NCBI GenBank assembly: GCA_965223545.1
Contig: OZ245006.1
Location: 576,001 to 640,000 of the forward strand
Direction of reading: 5' to 3'
DNA: 64,000 nt
DNA from: Planctomycetota bacterium
Lineage (GTDB): Bacteria > Planctomycetota > UBA1135 > UBA2386
Shown here: piece by piece, positions 9,969 to 20,900 of the stretch
Layout: each line of letters begins with the position of its first letter
Numbering within the stretch: position 1 is the first letter of the stretch
Position numbers and translations under genes: made by a program
Notes under the pieces: generated by a model
Seen by the model: the letters and a program-made list of their open reading frames with translations, nothing else
Databases searched by the model: none
Told to the model about the DNA's origin: nothing

Positions 9969-11429
9969 CTACCGGCTGGGATCCGCCGTGAAGACCCGCG
10001 GATCGCCCCGGCCGGTGTAGACGATCTCATGGCCTGCACCAGCCGATGCTTCGCGAAACACCAGACGCTTGCCCGTGGCGCTCCAGAACTCACCTGGCGC
10101 CTTGCAGAACAGCCGCATCGGCTCGCCGTCGTCCTTGCTGTAGACGAGATGGCCGTCATCGAGCTGCACCGAGATCTTCTCCTCTGGGCACAAGTAATCT
10201 CCGGCGTAGCTGGCCAGATGGTCGGGATCGAGCTCGTGCTCGACTGCGGGAGCGATCTTCAGCCCGCGCTTCTCGAGCGCGGCGCGCGCGTTGGCCTGCC
10301 AGGGGTTGGCGTCGATCGCCATCCGGTAGAACGCGACCGTCAGCTCGTCACGCGTCTCGTCGCGCGGCTTCTCCCCGTCCACAGCCTCCTCGAGCGCTCT
10401 CCCCGCGAACATCGCCGCCAACTCGGGGGGCAGGCCGAGCTCCGCGAGCCCGCTCTCGCCCAAGAACTTCTTGGCGGCGGCGGCCTCGTTGCGCTCCACC
10501 ATCATGAAGATCGCGTTGAGGATCGGGTCGTAACCCGGCTCGTAGTCGTATCGGTAGCGCGACCGGGCGCGCGCGACGCGCGCCACCGCGGCGTCCCAGG
10601 TCCCCGCGAGGGCGGCGTCGGCCGCGTCCTCGAGCTGCCAGTCCTCGAACAAGAACAGGAAGCCATCGCGCGTCGACAGATGCGGCACCGAGCCGTGCGT
10701 CTCTTGGCTCATGTGATGAAACTTCCAGCGCAGACCCTGCGGCGGGGAGACGTCGAACAGACCGGCAGTCCGGTAGCAAGCGCCGACGAGGCCGTTCTCG
10801 TTCGCGGCCGTCATGTAGAGCGCGCTGTCGACCGTCGGATCCGTCGCCAACCACGCCTCGATCTGCGCCGCTTCGTGCTGGTCGTCCCACTGCAGGCTCG
10901 GGCTGATCGCGATCAACCCGCTGAAGAAGTCCGAGCGCGTGCGCAGCGCGTGGAGGGCGACGAGCCCACCGAGCGAATGCCCGATCATCAGCCGCACCGG
11001 CCGCGTGCGGTAGTTGTCGTCGACCCACGGCGTCAACTCGTCGCAGATGAACTTCAGGAAGTTGCCGGTGCCGCCCTGCGTCGGCATCGGCACGCTCTTG
11101 TCGACCGTCGGCGTCATATCGCGCATACGGTCGGTGTTGGTGATGCCGACGATGATCAGCTCCGGCATCAGCTCGTTGCGGGCGAGAAACTGCGCCGTGC
11201 CGGCCGTGTGCAGCATGTGTGCATCACCGTCCAGCAGAAACAGCACCGGATAGCGATCTTCCGAGGACTCGTAGCGGCGCGGCAGGTGCACCCAGACCTT
11301 GCGGTCCTCGCCGATGGCGTCGCTGTGGACGACGTGGCGGGTCGCGACGACCATTTTGTCGCGGTCGGGCTGTGCCGGGATCGGCAGGAGGAGCAGGGAC
11401 AGGACGGTGAAGGGTCGTGCGAAGCGCAT
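9969..11429 (-). CDS. Secreted alpha/beta-hydrolase (putative esterase, IroE/Fes-like) with C-terminal extension
   Basis: YPVLFLLDG, GHSLGG nucleophile elbow, ISPSLQW, ETHGSV. Confidence 0.85.
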   Translation of the reverse strand: MRFARPFTVLSLLLLPIPAQPDRDKMVVATRHVVHSDAIGEDRKVWVHLPRRYESSEDRYPVLFLLDGDAHMLHTAGTAQFLARNELMPELIIVGITNTDRMRDMTPTVDKSVPMPTQGGTGNFLKFICDELTPWVDDNYRTRPVRLMIGHSLGGLVALHALRTRSDFFSGLIAISPSLQWDDQHEAAQIEAWLATDPTVDSALYMTAANENGLVGACYRTAGLFDVSPPQGLRWKFHHMSQETHGSVPHLSTRDGFLFLFEDWQLEDAADAALAGTWDAAVARVARARSRYRYDYEPGYDPILNAIFMMVERNEAAAAKKFLGESGLAELGLPPELAAMFAGRALEEAVDGEKPRDETRDELTVAFYRMAIDANPWQANARAALEKRGLKIAPAVEHELDPDHLASYAGDYLCPEEKISVQLDDGHLVYSKDDGEPMRLFCKAPGEFWSATGKRLVFREASAGAGHEIVYTGRGDPRVFTADPSR

Positions 11430-11528
11430 TTGGCTCGGTAGCGAGAGATCAGTGCGGCGTGCACCAGGGTTTCTCGGCCCGCGCCCAAATCGTAGAGCGG
11501 GCAGCCCCCTACCGGGCGCCTTCCACCA

Positions 11529-12578
11529 CTAACGGAGCAGATGGCCCGCGACGGCGGCCGCCATCCGCCGATTGGCGAGCGGCCCGTAGTGACCGTCGAA
11601 GGGCACCGTGGGTGCGCGGCCCAGCTCACGCGCAGCCGCGGCCACGGCGTCCTCCAAGTCGATCACCGCTACACCGGAGTCGACGGCGAGCGCGGCGAAG
11701 CGCGCGCCGACGTCCTTGGTCCAGTGATCCGCAACCCCAACCGCGTTCCAGTCCGGGATGATCGCGACCACCAGCAGGAAGCGGCGCTCGACCGAAAGCG
11801 CGATGAACCGCTGCAAATAGGCCGCCTGGCGTCGCATCGCGCCGGCGAGCGCCTCGTCCGTCGGCTCGTTGCCCATGTAGGGGCCCCGGAACGCGTCGTG
11901 CAGCACCATCGCCAGCGCGCTGCGGCGCACGAGCTGCTTGGCTTGCCATCTCCACCACACCCACCCCTCCATCGGTGCGCCGGTGTCGAATGCCACCGGA
12001 CCCGATCGCTGCAGGCGCGCGTAGGTGCCTTCGATGTCCTGCTCCTCGATGTCGTTCCAATACCAGAACACCACCACCACGTCGGGCTCGATGCGAGCGC
12101 CGAGCTCCTCGAGCAGTGCCAGCTCCTGGTGCGTGCTGTAGGCGCGGTGTCCGGCGTTGATCGTGGCCCAGCGCACCCCCGGTCGCGTGCGCGCGTTGAG
12201 GATCGTCTCGAGATGCGCCGGCAGCGTCTCGTCGTCGGCGACGCCCTGCCCGTAGGTCAAGCTGTCGCCGAGGCACAGGACGCGCATGTCGGTCGCCCGC
12301 TTCTCACCGACCTCGGCGCCGCGCAAGCCGAGCGCATTCACCTCGACGCGGTGCAAGTACGTGTAGTGCGCTTGGCTCGGCACCATCATCCAACCGCGCT
12401 TGGCGTTCGCCTGGATCTCCAGCACCGGCAGTCGCTCGGCCAACGGTGCGCCGAACCACGCGCGCACCACCAACTCGGCGAGCACACCGCTGACCAGCAG
12501 CGAACCAGCGACCAGGCCACAGCGCCGGATACGCTGTCGGCGGGTCGGGGCGGATGCGACGCCGGTCACTCCCTCCAA
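11529..12578 (-). CDS. Membrane-anchored SGNH/GDSL hydrolase
   Basis: N-terminal TM helix, CLGDSLTYG, INAG, WND, DGH; start uncertain. Confidence 0.8.
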   Translation of the reverse strand: MEGVTGVASAPTRRQRIRRCGLVAGSLLVSGVLAELVVRAWFGAPLAERLPVLEIQANAKRGWMMVPSQAHYTYLHRVEVNALGLRGAEVGEKRATDMRVLCLGDSLTYGQGVADDETLPAHLETILNARTRPGVRWATINAGHRAYSTHQELALLEELGARIEPDVVVVFWYWNDIEEQDIEGTYARLQRSGPVAFDTGAPMEGWVWWRWQAKQLVRRSALAMVLHDAFRGPYMGNEPTDEALAGAMRRQAAYLQRFIALSVERRFLLVVAIIPDWNAVGVADHWTKDVGARFAALAVDSGVAVIDLEDAVAAAARELGRAPTVPFDGHYGPLANRRMAAAVAGHLLR

Positions 12579-12706
12579 GCTTAGCGAGCTCTACCGCACG
12601 CGCCACGCGTCGGCTTTGGCCCGGTGCCCCCCCATCGGGTTCGAGCACAGCCCACGCCTCGTCGTCCCGCCTCGAACAAGTGTTTCACGGTGACTCGCCG
12701 ACCCCA

Positions 12707-14035
12707 CTACCGGGTCTCGCCGCCTTCCGCGGCAGCGGCCATCCGCACGATTGCATCGAGGATCTCGCTCTCGCCACCGAGCGCGGTGAGCGCCTTCGCG
12801 AGCCGCGCCCGCCGCACCGCCTCCTGCGCCTCGTCGTAGCCCATCTCGCGCACCGCCTCGATCGTCAGCTCGATCGCGTGGTCGAGCGTCACCCCGCGCT
12901 CTTGGAACGGCGTCACGGTCGGCTCCGCCATCGGCCATCGGCTGTAGGCGAGTGTGCTGCCATCCGCCGCGACCGACTTCTTGACGCCGGCCTCGGCGCC
13001 GGCGGTCGTCCCGCCGATGGTCGTCGCTCGACCGGCATCGCGCAGAATCCGCGCGGTCCACTCCGCACCGCTCGCGCTCCTCTCGTCGACGAGCACCGCG
13101 ACGCGGCCCGCGTAGTGCGGCTCCCGAGGAACCACATCGCGCGTACTGCCGCCCGAGTTGCCCCACCGGTAGCTGCGGCGCCGCTGCAGGAAGTGTCCGA
13201 GAAACGGATCGGAAGCGCTGACCCGGCCACCGCCGTTGCGCTGCACGTCGAGGATCAGCGCCCGCGTGTCGAGCATCGCTTCGAGGTGCCGGCGGAGAGT
13301 CGCGACCATCGCGCTCACCGACTCCGCCGCGCAACGGTCGGGGCTGAACGTCTTGATGCGCAAGTAGCCGATCCCGCCGACTCGACCGGAGACCACCCAG
13401 CGCTCGCCGAACTGCTCCTTGGGCGGAGGTAGGTTGCGCCGCGTCGGGCGCCGGAGCTCGTGCTCCGACTCGCTGCCATCGGCCCAGCGCAAGCCCAGCC
13501 GAACCGGGGTTCCAACGGGGCCGGCGGCCAGGATCTCGGTCGCGCATCCGATCGGCGTACCCTGGACGGCGACGAGCTCGGGGACTCCGTCCCGGCCCTC
13601 GGGTGCACGGTGCGGCCCCCAATCGACGACGTAGAGTCGGCGACCGATCCGCTCCGCGCGCACTTCGGGCCGCGACCAGCCCGCCACGGTCTGCATCGAC
13701 GGAATGAACGAAACGTGCGGATCGCGCAGCACCGACAGCATCCGCGCCATCTCCCAGGCAAATGCGGTGCCGTCCGCAGCCAGCACCGCCCGCGGCCGGT
13801 GCTCGTGGCGCTCGGCGTCCCAGTCGACCCCGTAGAGCTCGAAGTAGGGATACCCATCGCGCAGCGCCTGCCAGTGCGCATCGAACAGGGCCGCGTAGTC
13901 CACGGCCTTCTGCGCGGCGGCCGGTGCGGCGAATCCTGCCGCGAGAACCCCGGTCAGCGCTCGGGCACCGACCCAGGCGCGACCGGACAAGCGGACATGG
14001 GGCGGGCGAGAATCGGCTCGGGTGGAACGGTGCAC
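12707..14035 (-). CDS. S41-family (tail-specific/tricorn-like) peptidase
   Basis: IGYLRIKTF, LILDVQRNGGG, SASGAE, IGGTTAG; start uncertain. Confidence 0.85.
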   Translation of the reverse strand: MHRSTRADSRPPHVRLSGRAWVGARALTGVLAAGFAAPAAAQKAVDYAALFDAHWQALRDGYPYFELYGVDWDAERHEHRPRAVLAADGTAFAWEMARMLSVLRDPHVSFIPSMQTVAGWSRPEVRAERIGRRLYVVDWGPHRAPEGRDGVPELVAVQGTPIGCATEILAAGPVGTPVRLGLRWADGSESEHELRRPTRRNLPPPKEQFGERWVVSGRVGGIGYLRIKTFSPDRCAAESVSAMVATLRRHLEAMLDTRALILDVQRNGGGRVSASDPFLGHFLQRRRSYRWGNSGGSTRDVVPREPHYAGRVAVLVDERSASGAEWTARILRDAGRATTIGGTTAGAEAGVKKSVAADGSTLAYSRWPMAEPTVTPFQERGVTLDHAIELTIEAVREMGYDEAQEAVRRARLAKALTALGGESEILDAIVRMAAAAEGGETR

Positions 14036-14239
14036 GGCGAAGGAGTTCTTCTGGGCACCGCTCGGGACTCACGCTTTTTGCGCCCGGCCGCGGCACCCGC
14101 GGGTCGAGGGTCTTTCTGCGCCGATTTGGTGGCGCGGCTGCGGCCGACCGAGCGTTGGCTCAGGAGAGACCGAACGCGATCCGGCCGTGCGGCACGTGCC
14201 CACGGCCCGACGCGTGGACCCCTCGACGCGGAGAATCTC

Positions 14240-15514
14240 ATGCTTCGATGGTACTTGGTAGCGGCCGGTGTGGCCGCGACGATGAGCGTGCCCGGCGCGC
14301 AACCACCGCCGGCAATCACGCAGTTCGACCCGGCGTGCGCACCGCACGCGGAGGCCAGCCTGGACCCGGCGACGTTCGTCTGCCCCGGTCCCATCCCCGC
14401 GATCGGCGTGGGAGGAACCCTCGGTCAGCTCGAGCTGCGGCCGATCGGTGGCGGGGCCTTCCGATTGGCAGCGTCGGTGACCAACGCCAACGCATGCGCG
14501 GGCGGTGCCGGGGGCTGGGACCTGATCGAGGGGACCTACACCCCGGGGGCAGTTCCGGGAATCACCAACTTGGCGGCGGGTCTCAACACCGCCGGCGACG
14601 AGTTCTCGTTCTCGATCTCCAACGACGGGTGCGTCGCCGTGTACGACGACTTCGGCGCCGGGCCGATGCTGTCCCGTCGCCCGCCACCGTGCAACGGCCC
14701 GTGGCCGGCGCCGGCGCCCATCATCGGGCTGCCCGCCGGCGCCGGCGACTCCAAGGTGTGGAATGACCCCGCGTCGCCGACCGGCTACGCCTTTGCCTTC
14801 ATCGATCCCGGCGGCGGCATCTCGATGGGCATCCTCGACCCGGTGGTGCCGGCGGTGTTTGCCATCGCGGTGGCGATCAACCCCATTCCCGGGGCGATCA
14901 CCATGCACTCCCACCACCCGGTCCAACATCCGACGACGTGGGAGCACGTCGGCTGGATCGTGTCGGCCGCGTTCGCCGGTGGCGACTCGGACTCCTACTG
15001 GGTGGGCTGGCGAGACGACACCAACCACCCGCCCCTGCGCATCTACGACGACGCGGGTTGGCAGTCCAACCCGACGACGTTGGGCGAGAGCGGCACGACC
15101 TACTGGGCCTCGACGACGGTCGGGCCAGGGCCGGCGGCGCTGCCGCTGATCGCCTGCAACGGCTACGACGTTCCCGGCGGCGGCGGCGTGATCTCGCTGC
15201 GGACGTTCGTGCCGCACGGGCCGGACCCCTGGGCCACGGTGTTGGTCCTCGGCCCGAGCACGCCGGAGTTTCCCGTCGCCGGGACGATCGGCAACGTGCA
15301 GTACCCCGCCGGCCTCCCCTGTCCGCCCGCCCCGCTGGGCCGGGTCGCGATCCTGCCGCTCACCACGGTGACGGCGCTGGCGCTCCCGTTCAGCGGAGGC
15401 GCCACGGTGACCGCACCGGTGCCGTGCTGTTTGCCGCCGATCGACTTCCAGTGCGCCGCCGCGAACCTCGTCACCGGCGAGATCTTCATCGGCAACGCCG
15501 CGCAGATCTACTGA
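14240..15514 (+). CDS. Secreted Pro/Gly/Cys-rich hypothetical protein
   Basis: GGAGA RBS, ATG 14240, signal peptide MLRWYLVAAGVAATMSVPGA-Q, coherent GC3-rich frame. Confidence 0.7.
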   Translation: MLRWYLVAAGVAATMSVPGAQPPPAITQFDPACAPHAEASLDPATFVCPGPIPAIGVGGTLGQLELRPIGGGAFRLAASVTNANACAGGAGGWDLIEGTYTPGAVPGITNLAAGLNTAGDEFSFSISNDGCVAVYDDFGAGPMLSRRPPPCNGPWPAPAPIIGLPAGAGDSKVWNDPASPTGYAFAFIDPGGGISMGILDPVVPAVFAIAVAINPIPGAITMHSHHPVQHPTTWEHVGWIVSAAFAGGDSDSYWVGWRDDTNHPPLRIYDDAGWQSNPTTLGESGTTYWASTTVGPGPAALPLIACNGYDVPGGGGVISLRTFVPHGPDPWATVLVLGPSTPEFPVAGTIGNVQYPAGLPCPPAPLGRVAILPLTTVTALALPFSGGATVTAPVPCCLPPIDFQCAAANLVTGEIFIGNAAQIY

Positions 15515-15545
15515 GGGGGCGCGCGCGCTTCGCCTCGTGCATTCG

Positions 15546-16916
15546 TCAGCGCTGGCCGATGTGCGCGCGCAAACCGTTCGTCGTCGTGAAGCCGGCGGGG
15601 TTTGCAGCGGGATCGACGACCAGCGCCTGCAGGAACACGTCGAGGCCGATCAGGCTGGCCACCGCGGGGACCGGGACGGTCCAGGAAACGGTGGCGACCG
15701 ACGTCGGCAGGGGCTGCGCCACCTCGGGGCTGACCCACACCGAGCAGCCGGCGGCCCCCAAGAAGGCCAGCGGCGCCGGCAGCGCCCCGCCGACCCACGA
15801 TGTCGACGAGCTGCCAACCCAGCCGACCGCGAGCGCGGCGGGAACGTTGGTCACGTGCACGGTGAAGCTGCTGCCCAGCCACGGCAACTCCCACGCGGCT
15901 GCTTGCACCAACGCCGGCGTGCCGGTGGATCCCGCGCAGGAGGTTCCGATCGGATCGAGCCGCGCCGCCACTGCGGGTGCGTACTCCCAGGTCTCGTTCG
16001 AAAAGTTCGAGCTGGACCGCCCGCCGAAGAGCACCAGCGTCTCCCGCGCGGTGTCGTAGACCAACTCGCCATCCTGCTTGGTGCCGGGCTGCGGGCTCAG
16101 CGGACGCGCTGCCCAGTCGGCGCCGTCGAACTCCCACGTGTCGAGGTAGCGGGACCTGCCGAAGCCCGGCACCAACACCGTGCGGTCGCGCCGGGGGTCG
16201 TACTCGAGCGCGGTCGCGGTCATGGCCGGGGGCTGGACGCGGGTCGGGACCCGAGCCCAGCGCGTTCCGTCCCACGTCCAGGTGTCGTCGTGATACCCAG
16301 GCCCACTGCGACTCAAACCGCCGAACACCAGCACGACACCCCTGCGCTGGTCGTACGTCATGCCGTGCATGGCGCGTCCAGGCGGCCTCTCGGCCGGTCG
16401 ACGCTCCCGCCAAACCACGCCATCCCACTCCCAGGTGTCATCGAGCAGCGGCGGGTTGTAGTTGGCCCCACCGAACAGGACCACGACTTGCCGCCGCTCG
16501 TCGAAGACCATGGCGTGGTGGGCCCGCGGAGACGGCGCGTTCGGGGTGACGGCCTGGGTCCACGCCAGACCATCCCAAAGCCACGTGTCGTTGTGCAGGC
16601 CGGTCGAGTACTTCGCACCGCTGAACATCACCGCCACGCTCCGCGCCCCGTCGTAGGCCATGGCGTGCCAGGAGCGGCGCGGCGGGGACGCCGCGGGTTG
16701 GAGCTGGGTCCAGAGACTGCCGTCCCATTCCCACGTGTCGTCCAGCACGCGGCGACCGTCGCCGGCGAAGAGCAGCGTCACGCCGCGGGCCGCGTCGTAG
16801 ACCATGGCGTGGGCATCGCGGGCCGACGGCGACAGGGACGGGGCGCGTAGGTGCCAGACCTGACCCGGGGCGATGGCGGTGAGGACGAGGGGCAACAGGA
16901 TGGGAGCCGCACGCAT
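15546..16916 (-). CDS. Secreted kelch-like repeat protein with shared C-terminal domain
   Basis: Repeats of R..HAMVYD..R....LFGG......DTWEWDG; signal peptide. Confidence 0.85.
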   Translation of the reverse strand: MRAAPILLPLVLTAIAPGQVWHLRAPSLSPSARDAHAMVYDAARGVTLLFAGDGRRVLDDTWEWDGSLWTQLQPAASPPRRSWHAMAYDGARSVAVMFSGAKYSTGLHNDTWLWDGLAWTQAVTPNAPSPRAHHAMVFDERRQVVVLFGGANYNPPLLDDTWEWDGVVWRERRPAERPPGRAMHGMTYDQRRGVVLVFGGLSRSGPGYHDDTWTWDGTRWARVPTRVQPPAMTATALEYDPRRDRTVLVPGFGRSRYLDTWEFDGADWAARPLSPQPGTKQDGELVYDTARETLVLFGGRSSSNFSNETWEYAPAVAARLDPIGTSCAGSTGTPALVQAAAWELPWLGSSFTVHVTNVPAALAVGWVGSSSTSWVGGALPAPLAFLGAAGCSVWVSPEVAQPLPTSVATVSWTVPVPAVASLIGLDVFLQALVVDPAANPAGFTTTNGLRAHIGQR

Positions 16917-17014
16917 GAAGCGGAGGGTAACGCCTACGGGGGAGCAGGTCTCGACGGGCCCCCGCCCCCGGAGGGGTGGATCATCCTGCGCTATTTTCTA
17001 GCGGCAACTCATTT

Positions 17015-17028
17015 TTGTGCTAGAACAA
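17015..17028. promoter_or_regulatory. Candidate GntR operator palindrome
   Basis: TTGTGCTAGAACAA (14-bp inverted repeat, one mismatch) in an AT-rich patch just before the GntR start, in a divergent intergenic region. Confidence 0.45.
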
Positions 17029-17033
17029 TTGTC

Positions 17034-17996
17034 ATGGAGCTTCCCCTTACCAAGGGTGGCGCGGTGCCGCTGTACCGCCAGATCGCGGAGTCGATCCAGT
17101 ACAAGATCGCCACCGGGACCATCCCGCCGGGGACGGTGCTCCCCACGCTTCGCGAGGGTTCACTGGCCTGGCAGGTCAACGTGCACACGGTCGGCCGGGC
17201 CTATCGAGAGCTCGCGGAGCGCGGGCTCGTCAAGATGCACGGCCGGTCGGGCACCCGTGTCGTCGGCTCCGCGCGGAACCTCAGTCAGCGCGGGCGATCG
17301 AACGAGGTGGTCGGCGCGTTCGTCGCGCGGATCTTGCTCGAGGCCCGCAGGGACCATGGGCTCGACCGCCGCGACTTGGCCGAGCTCCTCGACCAATGGT
17401 CCGCCGATCGCGAGCCCTTCGTGCCCACGGTCCATGTCCTCGAGTGCAGCGAGGATCAGTGCAGGAACCACGCGGACGAGATCGAAGCGCGATGGGATGT
17501 TCGAGCCGTTCCGCGTCCGCTGGACGACCCCGGCGAGCTGCCCCCGGGCCCGGTCATCGCGACCTACTTCCACTACCACGAAGTACGGTCGCTGTGGCCC
17601 GAACGTCGCAACGACATTCGGTTCGTCGCCATTCGACCGGATCCCGATCTGCGCAGACTCCTGCAGGCGCGCACCATCGCTCCGGGTGAGCCCATTCTCC
17701 TCTGCGAGTTCGACGAACCCAAGGCGCAGAACACGATCTCCGAGCTCGCCGTGCTCATGGCCCCGGAGCAGCGGCGGTTCCAACCGGCCGTGGTCGAACG
17801 GGCGGGAGAGCTCCTCGACGAGGGACGCTCGACGGCACCCATCCTGTTTCCGCCCCGAGTATGGGCGGCTCTGTCCGAGGACGAACGCGCGCATCCGAGG
17901 GCGGTCCCGCTGCGATTCTACTTCGAACCCGAGGAGCTCGACGCGCTGGGAGCCACGATGGGTTGGTGCGAACGCGCGATGGAGGCTGTCTCGTGA
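17034..17996 (+). CDS. GntR-family transcriptional regulator (YtrA-like HTH plus extended C-terminal domain)
   Basis: PLYRQIAESIQYKIATG..PPGTVLPTLRE...VNVHTVGRAYREL...GT.V. Confidence 0.88.
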   Translation: MELPLTKGGAVPLYRQIAESIQYKIATGTIPPGTVLPTLREGSLAWQVNVHTVGRAYRELAERGLVKMHGRSGTRVVGSARNLSQRGRSNEVVGAFVARILLEARRDHGLDRRDLAELLDQWSADREPFVPTVHVLECSEDQCRNHADEIEARWDVRAVPRPLDDPGELPPGPVIATYFHYHEVRSLWPERRNDIRFVAIRPDPDLRRLLQARTIAPGEPILLCEFDEPKAQNTISELAVLMAPEQRRFQPAVVERAGELLDEGRSTAPILFPPRVWAALSEDERAHPRAVPLRFYFEPEELDALGATMGWCERAMEAVS

Positions 17997-20900
17997 GTCG
18001 CCACCATCGTCATTTCGGCTTGCTCGCAGCGGTCGGCCTGCTGGCGCCTTTCTCGATGGCCCAGCCGGCCGGGCCGGCGTTCGTCCTCGTCGAGGATCAC
18101 CCACTCATGGCCGCGCGCGCGAGCACCGGCGGGATCGCGTGGGTCGACTACGACGGCGACGGAGACGATGACGCGTTCGTCGCGAACGGCTACGACGTCA
18201 GCGCAGGGAGCGCCGCGCCACAGATGAACCAGCTCTACGAGAACGTCGCCGGACGCCTCCTGCTCCGAGACAGCGTCCTGTCGAAGGACGCCGCGTTCTC
18301 TTCGGCAAGCGCTTGGGCCGATTTCGACAACGACGGCCTGATCGACGTGTTCGTGCCGAACCAACGAGGACAGAACAACCTCCTCTACCGCAACGTGGGC
18401 AACGGCGCGTTCCAGCTCCTCGACGAAGCACTGCCGACGCGCGACCGCGGGAGCTCGTTTGCCGCAACCTGGGGCGACGTCGACGGCGATGGGTTCGTCG
18501 ATCTCGTGGTCACCAATGGTGGACTGAGCGGCGCCGGGCCGGACTTCCTCTACCGGAACAACCGTGGCGTCTTCGAGCGTGGCACGATGGGGCCGGTCGT
18601 CGAAGGGAGCCGCCAGCCCGGCGGGCCGACCTTCGTGGACTACGATCTCGACGGTGATATCGACCTCTTCGTTCCCGGCGCCCGGAATCGCATGTACCGC
18701 AACGATGGGCGTGGCAGTTTCGCCCTCGACGACCGGTTCCTCTTCGCCAGTGAAGGACAGCTGGGGCTCTCGGTCTCCGGTGCTTGGGCCGACTACGACA
18801 ACGATGGTGATTTCGACCTGTTCCAGGTGCCGAGGAACGGCCAACCCCGGCGGATGTACGTCAATGACGGCGACTATCGCTTTCGCTCCGTAGACATCGG
18901 CGACGCGACGCGAGATGTCAGTGAAGCGTTCCATTCTCTCTGGGTCGACGTCGACAACGACGGCTTCCAGGATCTCGTCATCGCCAACTGGGGCGCCCCG
19001 GCGCACGTGTATCGAAACCGCGCCGGCGAGCTCCTCGAACGCGTGGTCTTGGGAGAGCTCGGTGAGCGCGACTGGCACGCCTCGATGGTGGCGAGCGCCG
19101 ACTTCGACCAAGACGGGGACCTCGACCTCGTCGTCGGCAACTGGCCGAGCCGCAGAGGCGACGGCGAGGCGAATCTCCTGTACCGCAACGACAGTCCGGT
19201 CGGCAACTGGCTCGCCATCCGGCTTCGCGGCACCCGGTCGAACGCATCCGCCATCGGCGCGCGCGTCGAAGTGGAGCTTCGGGACGGCACGCTGGTTCGA
19301 GAGGTCAGATCGCAAGACGGGTGGCGCAGTCAGTCGTCGCTCGAGCTGCACTTCGGACTGGGGACTCGGGATGCGGTGCGCAATGTTCGCATCCACTGGC
19401 CAGCGGGCGGAGTGCAAGAGCTCGGCCCGATGCGCGCCGGACAGCGACGCACCATCGTCGAATCCACGACCGCGAGCGCGCGAATCGTCCGCCCCGCGCC
19501 CCAGGCGCCGCCCGAAGCCGCGCCCGCCGCACCGACAGTGCCAGCGAGACCAGCGGTCTCGCAATGTGACCTGACGGTCGACGCGCGCACCGAAGCCGGA
19601 AGCCTGCTGGTGACCGGCACGGTGCGACTCCCCATCGTCCGAAGAACATCGGGGGCGGCAGTCCGTTTCCGGCTGCTGGCCAACGCGTCGGAGCTCGAGG
19701 TCGGCATCATCGACGATTCTGGAGTGCGCGCGCCGCGCGATGCCGAGCAAGTCGGGAGCTTCGGCGGGAGTGGCCTACGGGCGGTCCGGGTTTGGGAGGT
19801 CGACCTCGTGGAGACGCAGCTGACCGGCGACGAGGCCGTCCTGTGGTTCTCGTTCGCCGTAACCGGGACGCAATCGATCTTCCACGTCGACCGCGGCCTG
19901 GCGTTCGCGAGTGGGCTCAACCTGCCCTGGTATCCCCAGGCCGCATCCGTCACGAAGGCTCTCGGCAAGCTCACCATCCTGACTCCCCCTGCTTTCTCGG
20001 CAGCCGCGGCCGGCAGACGCACCAGCACCGCGGAGGACGAAGCGGAGGGACGCTTCGTCTTCCAGATCGATACGCCGAGCAGCCCATCCTTTGCCGTCAG
20101 CAAGTGGCACGCGAGCACATACACCGGTGGCTCCGTCCCCGTGCACATGTTTCGCGAGTCCCCGCACCGGGACAGCCTGTCCCAGGCGCGGCGAATCGCG
20201 GAGATCATCGAGTTGCTGGAGCGGGAGTTTGGCCCGTATCCGTATCCCGAGTTCTCCATCGTCGAAGTGCCCGGCGCAGTCGCGAACGATGCCGGCTTCG
20301 GTGGTGTCAGCCTCGACGGGTGGATGATCGCCTTGGGACCGGCTTGGCACGAAGAGCTCGCCATCAGCTTCTTTGCCCACGAGATTGCCCATCAATGGTG
20401 GGGCAACCGCGTTCGACCCCGCCGCGGGAGCATCCCCGACGGGTTGCTCGACGAGGGAATCGCGCAGTTTGCCGGCCACGTGATCGTCAACGAGCTGCTG
20501 GACTCCAGTGCGGCGCGCCGACACCGAAAGTTCGGGAGCAAGCTGTTGGGATGGCCGGTGGGCGCGCTGGGTTACTTCGCCCAGGTGGCCGCCGGAGAAG
20601 ACCGATCGCTCGAGCAGCTCATGCCGTCACGCGCGACGGAGTGGTTGAAGGACAACAAGCTCGCCTTCGTTTGGCTCGAGCTCCAGCGAGTGCTGGGCGA
20701 GGAAGGCCTACGCAAAGGCCTGCACGAGCTCTTCCGCCGACATGCCGGGGGCTCGGCGTCGTACGGGGACGTGATCTCGGCGCTCGAGCACGGAGCGGAA
20801 GTCAATCCTGGCGAGCTCCAGTGGTTCTTCGAACAGTGGATGAGGCGGCCCGGCGCACCGGAGCTCGGGCTCAGCTGGCACCAAGCGGGAGAGCAACTGC

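Noticed and set aside
8655..11441. Long antisense or alternate-frame ORFs (e.g. 8655-11441, 41458-44214, 53299-56487, 2997-5591)
   Set aside because: Arg/Ala/Pro-rich shadow ORFs expected at this GC content, overlapping genes with clear motifs.
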